NCBI GenBank assembly: GCA_002633005.1 | Contig: NMRA01000055.1 | Coordinates: forward strand, 62,001-126,000 | Length of the DNA stretch: 64,000 nucleotides | Direction of reading: 5' to 3' | Origin: Phoronis australis | Lineage: Eukaryota > Animalia > Phoronida | Shown here: piece after piece, positions 49,046 to 61,415 of the stretch | Layout: every line of letters starts with the position of its first letter | How positions within the stretch are numbered: position 1 is the stretch's first letter | Position numbers and translations under genes: made by a program | Notes under the pieces: model-generated | Databases searched by the model: none | What the model saw: only the letters and a program-made list of their open reading frames with translations | What the model was told of the DNA's origin: nothing

Positions 49046-51962
49046 CATGACGAACCCTTTCCAGCTGAAAATTGACCGTCGGACTCGTCCGACGGTTGGA
49101 GTTTGCTAATAGCCCATTGAATTTAGTCCAGCTGCCTGGGCTGCTTGGACACGTACGTGATCCTTTAATGACACCTCATTATGCCATAAACTACGTGCCT
49201 GTCGACTATTGGCAAAAAATAAAGTTTATTTTAAAAATCTACCTGCCTAACCGAATTCCTCGCGAAAATCTAAGCATTATAGAACTTTGAATTTTCTTTC
49301 TAGGCCAGAAAATAAAGTTTTTATTAATATAAAAATTTACCACCTTGTGTACGAGCAGAGCGCAAGAATTTACAAAGGGTATATTGTGATTCGCCGCCAT
49401 GAGGCAGCTTATAATTTCCTACCAAAAGGCCAAAATGTACACAATCAATTTGTTTTAATAAAACGCAAGTTTCAGTATATAACATATTACACAATAAGGA
49501 GAATTATTTTGTTAAAACCAGGAAGAGATAACCAGGAAGGGACAACTAGCTAAACCGCCGTTTTTGGCCTCCTTCCCCGGACTAATTTCAGGACTTAAGT
49601 TTCGTTTAAAAGGAAACAGGTGATTTTATCAGAGAGATTAAAGCTTTTTCTATAGAAGGATATCAAAAAAACTCACTTTGCAACCTTAAACAGTGGTGTA
49701 ATTGTACTTTGAAAATATCGACTTCAGCACAAGCAATCGAAATTTCCCACACGCAGTCACGGGTATTTAAGCTTTTCCGTCGATGTATAGATGGCGCAGT
49801 AGTCAAGTACTCCCTCATTTGCATATCAAATTTGCATGTGGGAGTTCTGAGACTCTCGTCAGTTGTTGTCGAGTGCTTGAGTGGATAAAGCGGTGACCTC
49901 CCGCTGAGAGCACGCGCTGATGAAGATACCACAGCTAACTCTATCGCTTCGCAATCAGGAGGTGAAAACACTCTCATGACCGCAGTTCTGAATTCCAGCA
50001 AGCAAGCCCTATTTCGAGGAGCGGACTTTGAATTGTTTTTGTCCCCTGACTGTGGATTGCNTGTCCTGAACGCCGCCATTTTTTCCTTGTAACTGAATGT
50101 GCTATGACTTGCTCGAAAAGTCTTCATTATTTTGTTTTATTAGTAATATATCGTGATTCGTTTGCATATGTAGTGTATTTATAGTTTGTAGTTAGTGGTC
50201 GTTGATTTTTTTGGAATGTTACGCCATTTGATATTGTTTTGAATAGGGATTCTGCCATGCTCTTAAATTCCCCTTGTATTTTTACAAAAATTATTAATAG
50301 TTGAGTTTTGTGAAGCAGTTGCCAGGCTTATTTTTTGTGTCATGGTTTGCTCGTTTCTTTTTGGTCTGGCCCTCTGGTTCATTTCTAATGTTGAGGACCA
50401 GGCCATTGACTTGTTGCTGCTGTTAGTTGTGTAATTGACCTCATCTTAAACAAGTGTTGTATAATGTTAAAAGGGTTTTGTAAAGTAGATTATTGTACAT
50501 AGTTCATTAATACTTAGACTTATTGTACACTCTGCACATGCCATGCTGATGTTTAGTGAATACTTTGTTTCAGTGATTATTAAGTAATTCTGATATAAGT
50601 TGATGCAATGTGAAGTTTCACTTTGTGTTAAAATAATAAGAAATAAATATCTCTCTGCCTGTTGCATGTAACAGATGTGTCGATGGCTTTGCTTCAACAT
50701 ATCTTGGCCACAAATTTGGCAGCAGTCAAGCTATATTCTTTACACCTTCCCTTGCTGGTAATGTTTGTTTTGAAAAAAAATAAAACTGAGAGGGGGAGAG
50801 ATCTCTTATTTATGCTCCTACTGTAATAAAGAATTCACTTAGCCCAGAAATTAAATGCCCCAATTCAATTAATACTGTTAAACTTAATAGTAAAAAGTGA
50901 CTGTAATTTACTTACCCATTCTTACACTTTACCTTTCTTAATTATGTCATTTTTTATTATTGTTCATGCACTCACTATTTATTATCATCTCTTTATTTCA
51001 TCTCTCCTGGTCAAAATTTCACCCTTAACTTGTTATTAATTGCTGCTTAGTTACTTGTATCTAATTATTGTTATATGTGTTATATTCTACTGTATTGCAT
51101 CCTGATGTTGAAGGCCCCTTAAAAGCATATTTTGGCTAAAAACAAATGTGATTAAAGATATGCATCGGTTTCTTCTATTATCACAATTGTAATGGTCTGT
51201 TTTTACCTTGTTGTTGGTGTTGTTGCCGTTGTTCACATATGCGCTGATTTAAAGTTCGTACTCATATTTTGTCCCAAACAAATGCAATTAAAGGTATGCA
51301 TATTTTTTCTATCATCACAATGGTACTGGTATGTTTTTACCTTCAACAATAAGTATTTTGTTGATCCTGTTTTGTTAACTTGGAAGCTCATAACCTAAAC
51401 GTGTATATTATTTAAGTTGAGGTATTTATATATTTTGATGGGCAGCATTTACAGATGTGTATTTTTTAACAGATCTCACTTTGTCCCTCGGTTCTCAGTA
51501 TTATTTTTTTTAAACTAGAGTATTGTACAGTCATGTTTATTTTCTGGGTAAAGTTGTTTCCTTTTTCCTATTATATCTATTTGTATGCATGTTTTAAAAA
51601 TAAAAACTTGTATGATTAGATATATTGCTTATCTTTCATATTACTTCATTTGTTGTAAAATAATTGCAATGTAAGTGCAACCAACCTATTGGGATGTAAC
51701 GTTTCTACAAAATTCGCTCTCAGCCAATGTAACTACCATATAACAGGTTTCTGGTTCCTCCATATGAAAATCCAGGTCAAAAAGAAGGTCACAAGTAGTC
51801 CTATTCAGTTGGAGAATTTTATGATGCCATCTTAACTGAGGCAGGCCAGCCAGCTGGCTCTCTATTGTGTTGGCAGGGAATGGGGTAATTGAAACTTGCG
51901 CTTCAGTTAACAATTCTAATTGGGTTTTGGCTTGAATTTTCAGCAGGGATAGATTCGTCATG
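49046..51962. mobile_element. 2.9-kb non-coding TIR element
   Basis: 28-bp imperfect TIR catgacgaaccctttccagctgaaaatt / aattttcagcagggatagattcgtcatg. Absent at the paralogous site (about 43937). Confidence 0.7.
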
Positions 51963-52514
51963 ATTAAAAAGTTGTAGTGTGGCATGGCATGAAAATATCG
52001 TTTAAAAACCGTGCTACATAAGACTAGTCTAGGCGAGGTGCCAGCAGTAAGTCTAGCCTATTCATAAAGATATAAACAACTTAATTTGTACATCTTTTTA
52101 GAAAGTACTGCGTCAATAATCATTTCCACCAGATTACGCTAATTGTATTGGAAACACACGAGGTATCGGGTAATACGCTGTCTGCAGGTGATCGGGTGAG
52201 TGGGGTGTAATTTGTTAACGCAGCGTATAAGTCACGGGTGCAAACCATGCACAGGTTGTTCGTTTACCTAATCAAGATGAAAGAAAGTGTTTGGAAATGC
52301 CAATGTATTCAATTCCTGCATGATTAAATGGGTAAAAACAAGTTGCATACTTTTGGCATGTTAGTATGCTGTTAATAAAGCTAATAATATTGAATAAAGG
52401 AATAACTTGTCCAGAAAATATATTTTTCAATCCTAAACGTGATGTTGGTTGCTCGACAAAAACATACTTTACTTCATTTACAAAGTGACACCCAAAAATT
52501 TAGAAATCAGTCGT

Positions 52515-52839
52515 CGGTACCTGGGATAGGCACACGCGACATCTGTTGTTGAGCTAAGTGGTTACAATATCCCCTTATCTTTCACGGGTTATACGTGGCA
52601 CCTGTTGTTGAGAGATAAGAGGGAACAAAGGAGCTAATACAACGACGACAAGTGGCGCACGCAAAATAAGGTAATCGTCCTTTTGTTTTTCTTCGGTATG
52701 CAACATAATCCCTATTTTGTCTCCAATCTCAGTCAGTTGAACTCTACAAACACGACGTATTCTTTTTATATCAGCCGGCCGGTGGACAGTGTCAATCCTT
52801 AACTACCTGATGACGTCAAAGGTCACGTGATTCGACCTC
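52515..52839 (+). repeat. Direct repeat A, upstream of polB copy 2
   Basis: Colinear, diverged match to 55239-55575. Confidence 0.85.
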
Positions 52840-52868
52840 TTCTTTATTCCGGTTTACCGACAACAACA

Positions 52869-55094
52869 GTTTCTCGACATTGTAATTACTTGGTCCCTCG
52901 TTTTAGCCATGGAAAGTTTTTAAAGGCGTACGAGACGACTAAAGAGAAAGGTTTCTTTCCTTATGAGTACGCGGATAACTTGGGTAAACTAGAGGAAACG
53001 GCTCTACCACCTCAAGGGGCTTTTTACAGCTATGAAGGGGGGAGGGTTTAATCGACAACGATTACACCCTCTGTATTAAGGCATAGAAAGACAACGACAT
53101 GAAGAGCCTGAAATATTTTTTGGTGTGGTACAATAACAAAGACACTGGACCCATGCTGGAATCCGTCAATACCATGGCAGCATTCTACAGGGAAAATGAC
53201 GTCGACCTCTTCAAAGGACGTACCAGCGTGCCCGGACTGACCATGAAGATTCTCTTCAAAAATATCGGTAACGTATTCTTTACGTTGTTTGAGGGAAAAC
53301 ACAAAGACTTGCACTAAACCTTCAAACTGAAAGCTTCGGATGTCCCCGTATTGTTTTCCACAGCTACCACGAAAAAATGGCGTGTATACGCCAATGGGAG
53401 ATGGAGAATGTGAGAAAAATACCATAGATGGTGTCAAAGATTCTGGGTTTCGATGTAAATGCTCTTTACCTTCGCAGTATCATGAACGAGCAACCGACGG
53501 ACCACTTATTCGTCGTAGACAAGAAAACAATTTCCAACAAGACATTTCCCACCCTAAGGTACAAAAGGCAACTACTTGGTTGGATTACGTAGCGAGGCAA
53601 CGCGGAATCAGTATTCGTCACCAGTTCAACGGGGTTGAAAAAGGGTGGGTCAGCGTCGTATTCCAGTGGAAGGTTTTTGTCGTCGGTTGCACAAAATGTT
53701 TCAATTTCAAGGATGTTACTGGTACGGCTACGACGCCTCCGAGGGCGAGGAACGAAGCACGAAACTTCGCCATGAGTGAGTTTATGGAGAACACCAGAAA
53801 GATGAGAGACTATATCATCGATCAAGGCTTCGGTTACGAAGAGATCTGGGAGTGCGAGTTTGAATATTTGAAACGGCAAGACGATACCCTACGTTCTTTT
53901 CTCAGAAGACAAGAGTTGCTTACGGAACGTTTTTAGAGCTTGACCAGCGAGCAAAGACATTCGTTCTATATGATACTCTGTTCGGGGTTGTGGAATGTGA
54001 CATCGAAGTCCCGAGAGAGCACTTTTTAGAAATGCAACCTATATTCAAGAATGTCGACATCAACAGAGACGACATAGGAGACTTAATGCGGGAGTATGCC
54101 GAGAGAAACAAAGCATGAGCCTACCACGATGATCTCTGTTTGGTAGTTTCTTCGGCGAGAAAATTCTTTTGACAACCCAGCTTCTGAAATGGTTCGTGGA
54201 ACACGGCCTAAAGATAACAAACTACTATCAAGTGGTCGAATTCGCTCCCTTAAAATGTTTCGAGCGTTTTGTTGAAGAAGTCAGCTACCCTAGGCGGGAA
54301 GACAAAAACAAAGCTATTGCAGCGCAGACGATGAAGCTCATAGGCAACAGCGCGTAAGGTGAGACGGTAACGAATCAAGAAATGCATCGTGACGTCAAGT
54401 AATGCTAAGGTTCCACGGGAGGTCCAGTTCCCGGAATTTAGATATGTCATCTACATCGGGGACGGAACCTACGAATTGGAGATGAAAAGCAAGACCATCC
54501 GCCTGAACCTGACACTTCAAATAGGCTTCTTAGTCTATCAGAATGCGAAATTGCGCATGTTGGAGTTTTACTACGACTTCATGTTAAGATTCGCCGACAG
54601 ATCCAATTTCGAATATTGTGAGATGGACACAGACTCGGCGTACATGATTGTATCCGGTAACTGTCCAGAGGACGTGATTAAACCCGACATGTGAGAAGCT
54701 TTCGAGAAGGAAAAACATCTCCGGTTTCCGAGAACAGACACGGAAAAAACGATATCTACGACATGCGTACGCCTGGTTTGTTGAAGTTGGAAGTCGATGG
54801 CGACTACTGCATTGCACTTTGCTCTAAAACTTATTACGTGCGGGCGGACGACATTAGATCTCATTTTATCTGTAAAGGAGTACAACGGCAGAGAAATGAA
54901 ATCGCCATTCGAGGTATCTCAAAGTCCTACAGACTACGAAGAGCAGCTCGGCCTTCAACAGAGGATTTTGGTTAAGCGGCGACAACACCATGTACACCTA
55001 TTTGTAAGAGAGGTGTGAATTCAGTCACCTACGTTTATCCCAAAAGACAGGTGTTCGACGACGGCGTCACCACTGGACCTTTGAACATATTTAA
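52869..55094 (+). pseudogene. Polinton/Maverick-type DNA polymerase B, decayed copy 2
   Basis: Same motifs as copy 1, plus upstream FLD..NYL.P.FS..KFLKAY. DVNALYL, KLIGNSA*G and CEMDTDSAY. Confidence 0.85.
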
Positions 55095-55199
55095 TTCCGG
55101 ACATTTAATAACTTACTACTTGTCAAGTCTGATTTTTGTAGTGTAGTCGAATGTACTTTGTTTTTAATACACGTTTATACAATATTAAGTTGATGTTCC

Positions 55200-55828
55200 A
55201 TTTTAGGTGGTCACAATATCTTATTAGTTTAGTACCGCCGGTACCTGGGTTAGGTATACGTGACAACTGTTGTTGAGTTAGGTGGTTACAATATCCCCTT
55301 ATCATCTTCCACGGGTTATACGCGACATATGTTGTTGAGAGATGAGAGAGAGCAAAGGGGATAATACGACGACAGGTGGCGCACGCAAAATAAGGTCATC
55401 AACCTTTTGTTTTTCTTCAGTACGCAGCATAATCCCCATTTCGTTTCCGGTCTCGATCAGTTGAACTCTACAAACAAAGTATTCAACGTCTTATCAGAGC
55501 ATCCGGATGGTGGACGGTGCCACGCCCTAACCTACCTGATGACGTCAACAGTCACGTGAATTCCGATTCGACCTCGTATTTCTTCCGCTTTATTAACGTC
55601 TTCCGGTAACACGCATGACCTTGACGTTGGATGGAGGTCCCTCTCTGTCAGGTCCAATTAAACCTATTACGAAATGTGTTGCGACGTCATTGTCACTTTC
55701 ATCCAGTAGGCGGATAATGGCCTTCCGGTTACGCCCGTTACAAGTGACCTCTGATCTTTAATTTCTGATGTATGACCTTTGACCAAGGATCCTCCCAACC
55801 GTGCCACGAAAAGAACTTACTATACTAC
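55200..55828 (+). repeat. Direct repeat B plus a candidate Polinton terminal region
   Basis: Contains repeat B (55239-55575). Rich in tgacgtca, cacgtg and cttccgg motifs; ends acttactatactac. Confidence 0.5.
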
Positions 55829-56132
55829 ACAGCAGTTATCTGTTGTATATATTCTGTTTATCCAGGGTCTTACCTTTGTCAGTAACTAATTCGTTCCCAA
55901 GTTTCATTTTACATGTAGTTTTAACACTTTAGAGCAGACTCGACCTGTTAAGCTGTCTAATAAAGTTGAAATCGAATTAATCTTCTTACTCTCATTAAAT
56001 TAGTCTCACAATATTCCCATGCGTGCAACCAGATTTTCTTGGGCAAGGAGTCGATTGTCAAAAAGAGACGAGGTTAAATTGAGCTTCAAAATAATGTGCT
56101 TGCTCAGAAAATTTAAATTAATATAATTTTAA

Positions 56133-56612
56133 AGAGACATGGAACGCTAAAGCTCGTTAAAATATCGTTTAAAGAATTCCTGACGAAAGTACCCGCTCGC
56201 AACGTCTAGTATAGAGTAATTCACTTGCCCCTCCGAGGAATAATCCAGAAAAAAATCCCAAAGCTCACGAACTCACGATCATGCGATGTGTTTTTTTTCT
56301 CCCTTCCACTTATGATAAATGCGCTCACAGTCGGTTGCTTGAGGTCAAAGGACACATAAGGGAAATGTGCAACGACTGTGTTTATGTCTTGCCCCATCAA
56401 ATACGGAGATGTACCTTGTGGGAAAAAATCGACAACTGGCGAGCAGTTGGCAGTTCATTTTTTTGAAATTTAAAAATAAAAGAAAATGTTTTGATATCAA
56501 CAGAAATTAAAAATATTTACGAACAAGCCCTTAAATACTTGGTGAGCCGGTGGAATTCCGTTTCAGTGGCAGAGAACCATTTTCAATATTACAATTCGCG
56601 TTCCAGGCCTCT
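56133..56612. mobile_element. Kolobok-type MITE
   Basis: TTAA|agagacatggaacgc ... gcgttccaggcctct|TTAA (13/15 TIR match). Confidence 0.7.
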
Positions 56613-57454
56613 TTAATATAAGACCTTAAAGAGGAAATTGCAAGGTCCAAACCAATCTGAACAACAATATGGTCTAAATTCTAGTATATAATTATCATTG
56701 CTTTATTCTTAACATTAAGTATCAGTCCACGGATCCACCGACCACTGTACAGCCAACAAGCGGCAAGGTGGGGGTGTCAGCCATTCAGATCCATGTTTAG
56801 TCTGATAAATCTCATTAGGGATGAGAGAAATTGGGTGAAGTATGACACCACAAAATTTGGTGGTTTAGGAGATACAAGGGAAGTGTTCTGGGGAGGCAAA
56901 ATGGGGCAATTTCGTGATGTGGAATGAGTCATTTTGACCAAATTTTCTACTCCAGTTTCTGCTTCAAACAGAATCGTTTCTGAACAATTTTGATATCACA
57001 TGATAGGTTCATGACCAATGTCACTAAAAACGGCACCGACACTGAAATATCGGTTACCATGGTAACACTGGAACTGTTTCCGTGGAGGTACATTTCATTC
57101 TTGTGAAAAACCAGCAGTAAGTTGTACCCTTATAGCGAAGCTGCCCCCGCGAGAAAACGAAAAATAATAACATGGACATGTAGAAGACTCCATGCCCTTG
57201 TAATTAAAACAATAAGAACTTTGACATAGGTGTCTGAATTTCACTATTTTCAGACCTCGTATGTGTATTTGTCATGTTAAATCAGTCACTAGTTGTGCGC
57301 CGTTTCTACGCATTAAAATGCCGTGGTATAATACAACAATTAAAAGAATTGGTTTGCTTAAATGTTTTTAATTAATTTTAAGGACACTAGCATTTCCCAT
57401 TAAAATATGAAATTATACTAAACTTTGTTCATCCAACTCGTCTGAATACCAAAC

Positions 57455-58830
57455 TAAAGCTTACAATGTGTTAGTTGAATAATGGCTGATCTAAAGTGCG
57501 GGTTTGTGAATTTATCTATTTATCTGGCACTGTCAGTCGCATGGAATGGGGGTATTTCTACAAATTACGGAGAGAAACAACTTTGGAAACTCTTGGGAAA
57601 TGCACAAGGAATAGAGCGAGACATTTGAGAACCTTAAAAGTGAGGGGAGCTGATGTGGAGGTGGAACGTGTCCTCCTGAGAAGTAGTCTGTCTCAGTGTT
57701 TGCCTCGGAGGCAGGTGTGCAGCAGGAGCTACATAACCTACCGTAGTAGATTCACTTGCCCGAATCATCGTTACAACCCTCAAGATATATTGGCGTCGCC
57801 AAATGCACTCAGTACATCCACTGCACACTGGAGGAGAAATCTGATAGGGGTCTGAAAAGTGACCAAAGACGTTAAGTCAAGGTTCAACGTTTTTCTTCGT
57901 GTGAGCTCAGGTAGGAATCACCAAACTCCAGGGTCTGACCCTGAAGAATATTTTTGGAAGCACGTCATTCATGCAGAAATACTTTTATTGACACACCGCG
58001 ATTGCTTATAACTTGGGCCTTATTGCTTAATCATATCTTTTTCAAATGTGTTGATGTTTATGCAGCTACATCATAACTTTTCATAACAACCACCAAATGT
58101 GTAACATGACTTCTTCTCATGAACTACTTTTAGAGACTAGGGAGAATGTTATGTCTGCCATCGCATTTCTGCAATTATGAAGTTAATTAAACGTGCTAAA
58201 GCCGTCAAAAATATTGGTGCATTTCTCAAAAATATTACATTGGTCAGTTGTTTTATGTTTCAATATTATGAAGATAAAAATACCGGTAATGCACAACTCA
58301 TTAATTTCCCAATGAACGCTGACACATAGGTAGTGCGAATAATTTAAATCGGTCTCAATATTTTCTACATGTAATGTGCAGCACCTCTGTTTTATACCTT
58401 TTTCATTTTGAAAATTTTTATAATCAAATCGGAATAATTCATTTGTGATGCCTTCACTTTAGCTTGGTATTCATATTTTTGGGCCGAAATGGCCACATTA
58501 AATTTAATATGTTTAATTTTTTTATTAATACAATTTTAGGAATCAGGAAAGGCTTGTGCTGAAGAAGTGGCTTCTGCTGAAGTTCGAGACCTGCCGATTA
58601 TTAGTAAAGGTTGGGTATTGAGAAGTTCAAAACCAGCAATAAGGTACCCTTCTGGACAAATAAGTGAGGGTGCTAGAGAGAGGCCGAAAAGTCTACTCCC
58701 AGAAGATATGTCAAAGAGAATTTTTAACTTGAGGAACAAGTGGGGGAAAAAGTATTTGCCAAAGATTACTGGCTTATACCACAACAGGTCCAAAGTAATT
58801 TGTTGAGATAGGAAACTCTCAGCAGATGTG
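57455..58830 (+). pseudogene. Sola3-like transposase C-terminal remnants
   Basis: A decayed zinc-finger-like segment at about 57695-57815. An exon after ttttag (58540) reads KGWVLRSSKPAIRY..TPEDMSKR..R..G.KVF..WL.PQQVQS across frameshifts. Confidence 0.4.
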
Positions 58831-61087
58831 GGGAAACTGGGACAGAGGAAGTGGAGTATGCAGTGAAAGAGGCAATCTGCGATTGTCAAGGATGTAGCAT
58901 TGTAAAAATTCAGTACAGTGGCTGGACCTGTAAATACTCTGGCTGATCTGCTAAGTCCAGCGGTGGCATTATTGTGTCAGCACAGCTGTGTATGGAAGTA
59001 GGCTTGTGTGTTGTAGCAAGCTTTGTTTGCGCCAGAACTGCTTGTGTGAACAGCTCAAATCTAAAATTTACCTGGACTAAATTTTTATCCAGGCACCGAT
59101 CATGATCCTGGGCTACATGTAATGGTACGTTGTTCATTTTGTTTAGCCACTGGATTTTTTGGTCTGACAGGATTTCTGTGTGGCCATCACATTTAGATGA
59201 TTTCTGACCACCGTACTATTCCTTTTCCTTGAAGATGCATAATTGATCTGAATTTATGTTTCTGCATTTTATTTACCATTATAGATTTTTGTTTGTAAAT
59301 GGGTATATGTTACTGAAATTTGAGCCCCTGTTGCAGTTAGGCTGGTTTTGTTAACTTATCTTTCTACCTGGGTTGTAAACCCATATTCTGTCCAGTTTTG
59401 ATTTAGACCACTTACCTGTACAAAGTTTGCTCAGTTTGTTCCTTATCCAGATGGGAAGTGATTTCTGGAATTATAGCGAATTGGCAGTTTGCTATTCCTT
59501 GAGACCATGCTGTGTGTATAAAATCACACACTATTAGTCTGGTCTCTAGCAATTGCATATTGCCAGATCTTTCAAAGTTCTGAAAAGTGACTTGGAAGTA
59601 ATACCTATTTCGTGATGGTAAAATGTCTAAATCAAAAGTTGTTTTATGTGATTCTAGGCGAGTTTATGTCCACTTCAAATGATTTTTGTTGCAGTACTGA
59701 AAAGTATTGGCACATTAGCTCTGGTGGCTCCTTGTTTTTTTTTGGCGAATTGACCATTTTATGGTTCCCAGGGGTAATTTTGTTACTGGTCTAGTATGTA
59801 TGTATGTACAACTGTAATCGTAGGGCAATTGTAATGCAAATCATATTGCAAAGGATTTTTTTCATGACCATTTCATTGTAAAAATGCTGCCTAATTGGAA
59901 CCGACAAGCCAATTTTTCATTTTGTGGTGGTTAGTTTTGATAAGAACATTGATGTGGTAAATACAGCTACCTCAAGTTTTTGAAGAAGAGTTTTCCAGTG
60001 TTGTCAGAGTCATTGCGAAATCGACTATATCACCTTAAATGTAATTCCCTGACTTTATGGTGTGGTTGACTTTGTCCTCTAGCAATTGGAGTGTTGAAAA
60101 GATCTAGAAGGTATTTTTTATTAGAGTCATAACATTTGCACTTTTGACTGTACAGTCATCTTTGCATTGTATTACGAAAACATATTTTGTAGTACACAAG
60201 TCTGTGGTTGGTATTTTATATTTTTTCACAAGGAACATTTTCAACTTAGATGACTTGTATGTAAGGTAGGCAATTTTCAAATAAGATAACGAATAAAATT
60301 GTCAAACATTGTTTTATTTTTTAGATGTGTGATCTTACAACAAATGATTACTTTTAAAAAACCTGTGCTGAATTTGATTTTTACTCTTCATTTAAAGGAG
60401 AATAAATCCATAAACCTGCATTGTCTAGAAATTGTACTCAAACTACATATTACAGGGTTGGGGATTGGAATCTTAATACAACGGAGTCTAAACCCGTATC
60501 ATGAGCAATACAACACAATACACGGATATAAAAATTTGGTGTTTAGGTTCCACGAAAAGGATTCGTGTGCGCGGTAATAGTTACTAAGGTGCGTGGTAAT
60601 TGTTTGTGGATACTTTGGGATTCAACTTCTGTGATCATCCACGGGAAAGCTGGTAGCAAAGAGAACAATAGATTAGCATCTTGATTGTTCCCGTTGTTAT
60701 AATAAAGATATAATGACGAGCACTTATCGGCCGGCAACGGTCTGATGTACGCAAGGTTCTATATCCATGCGACCTGTGTTGTTATATCCAACAATGACAC
60801 AACAAAGGAAAACAATGACAGGACCGATGGGCGAAAAACATGCAACGAGTTGCCACGGACAGTGGTGGAGTTTCTCTTGTCATTCAAATGTTTTAGAGAA
60901 CAGCAAACCTGGTATTTCGTCAGAAAATTTCTGCGGTCTTTTGTTTTAAGCCGTGGGAAAAATTGCGGTCATGCCACCAGACTTATCATTCATTTGATGT
61001 TACAATGCATTGCATGAACATTTGATCAACAGAAAATCTGACTTGAATATGTGTGAAGAAATACCCATGAGAAAATTGCAAGGTATA

Positions 61088-61415
61088 CCCATACCAAAAG
61101 ACCATGTTTGCCGCAAGCTTGCAGCAAACATGCCGCAAGCTTGCGGCAAACAATTTTGTTTGCAGCAAACCAGCTGCAAAGTTTGCAGGAGTTTGCCGCT
61201 ACCCGCAACTCAGCCGCACACATTGCCGTAACCTTGCTGCAAACACTGAAGTTTGCAGGAATGTTGCGGCAAACTTGGTGATTGAAAAAGTGTTTGCGGG
61301 AAAGTTGCAGGAAACTTTATTGGTGAAAAAGTGTTTGCGGGAAAGTTGCAGGAAACTTCATTGGTGAAAAAGTGTTTGCGGGAAAGTTGCAGGAAACTTT
61401 ATTGGTGAAAAGTGT
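61088..61415. repeat. One-ended MITE-like sequence with palindromic subterminal repeats and a 41-bp minisatellite x3
   Basis: ta|cccatacc start, palindromes built on tgccgcaagcttgcggca, and tgaaaaagtgtttgcgggaaagttgcaggaaactt at 61283, 61324 and 61365. Confidence 0.65.
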
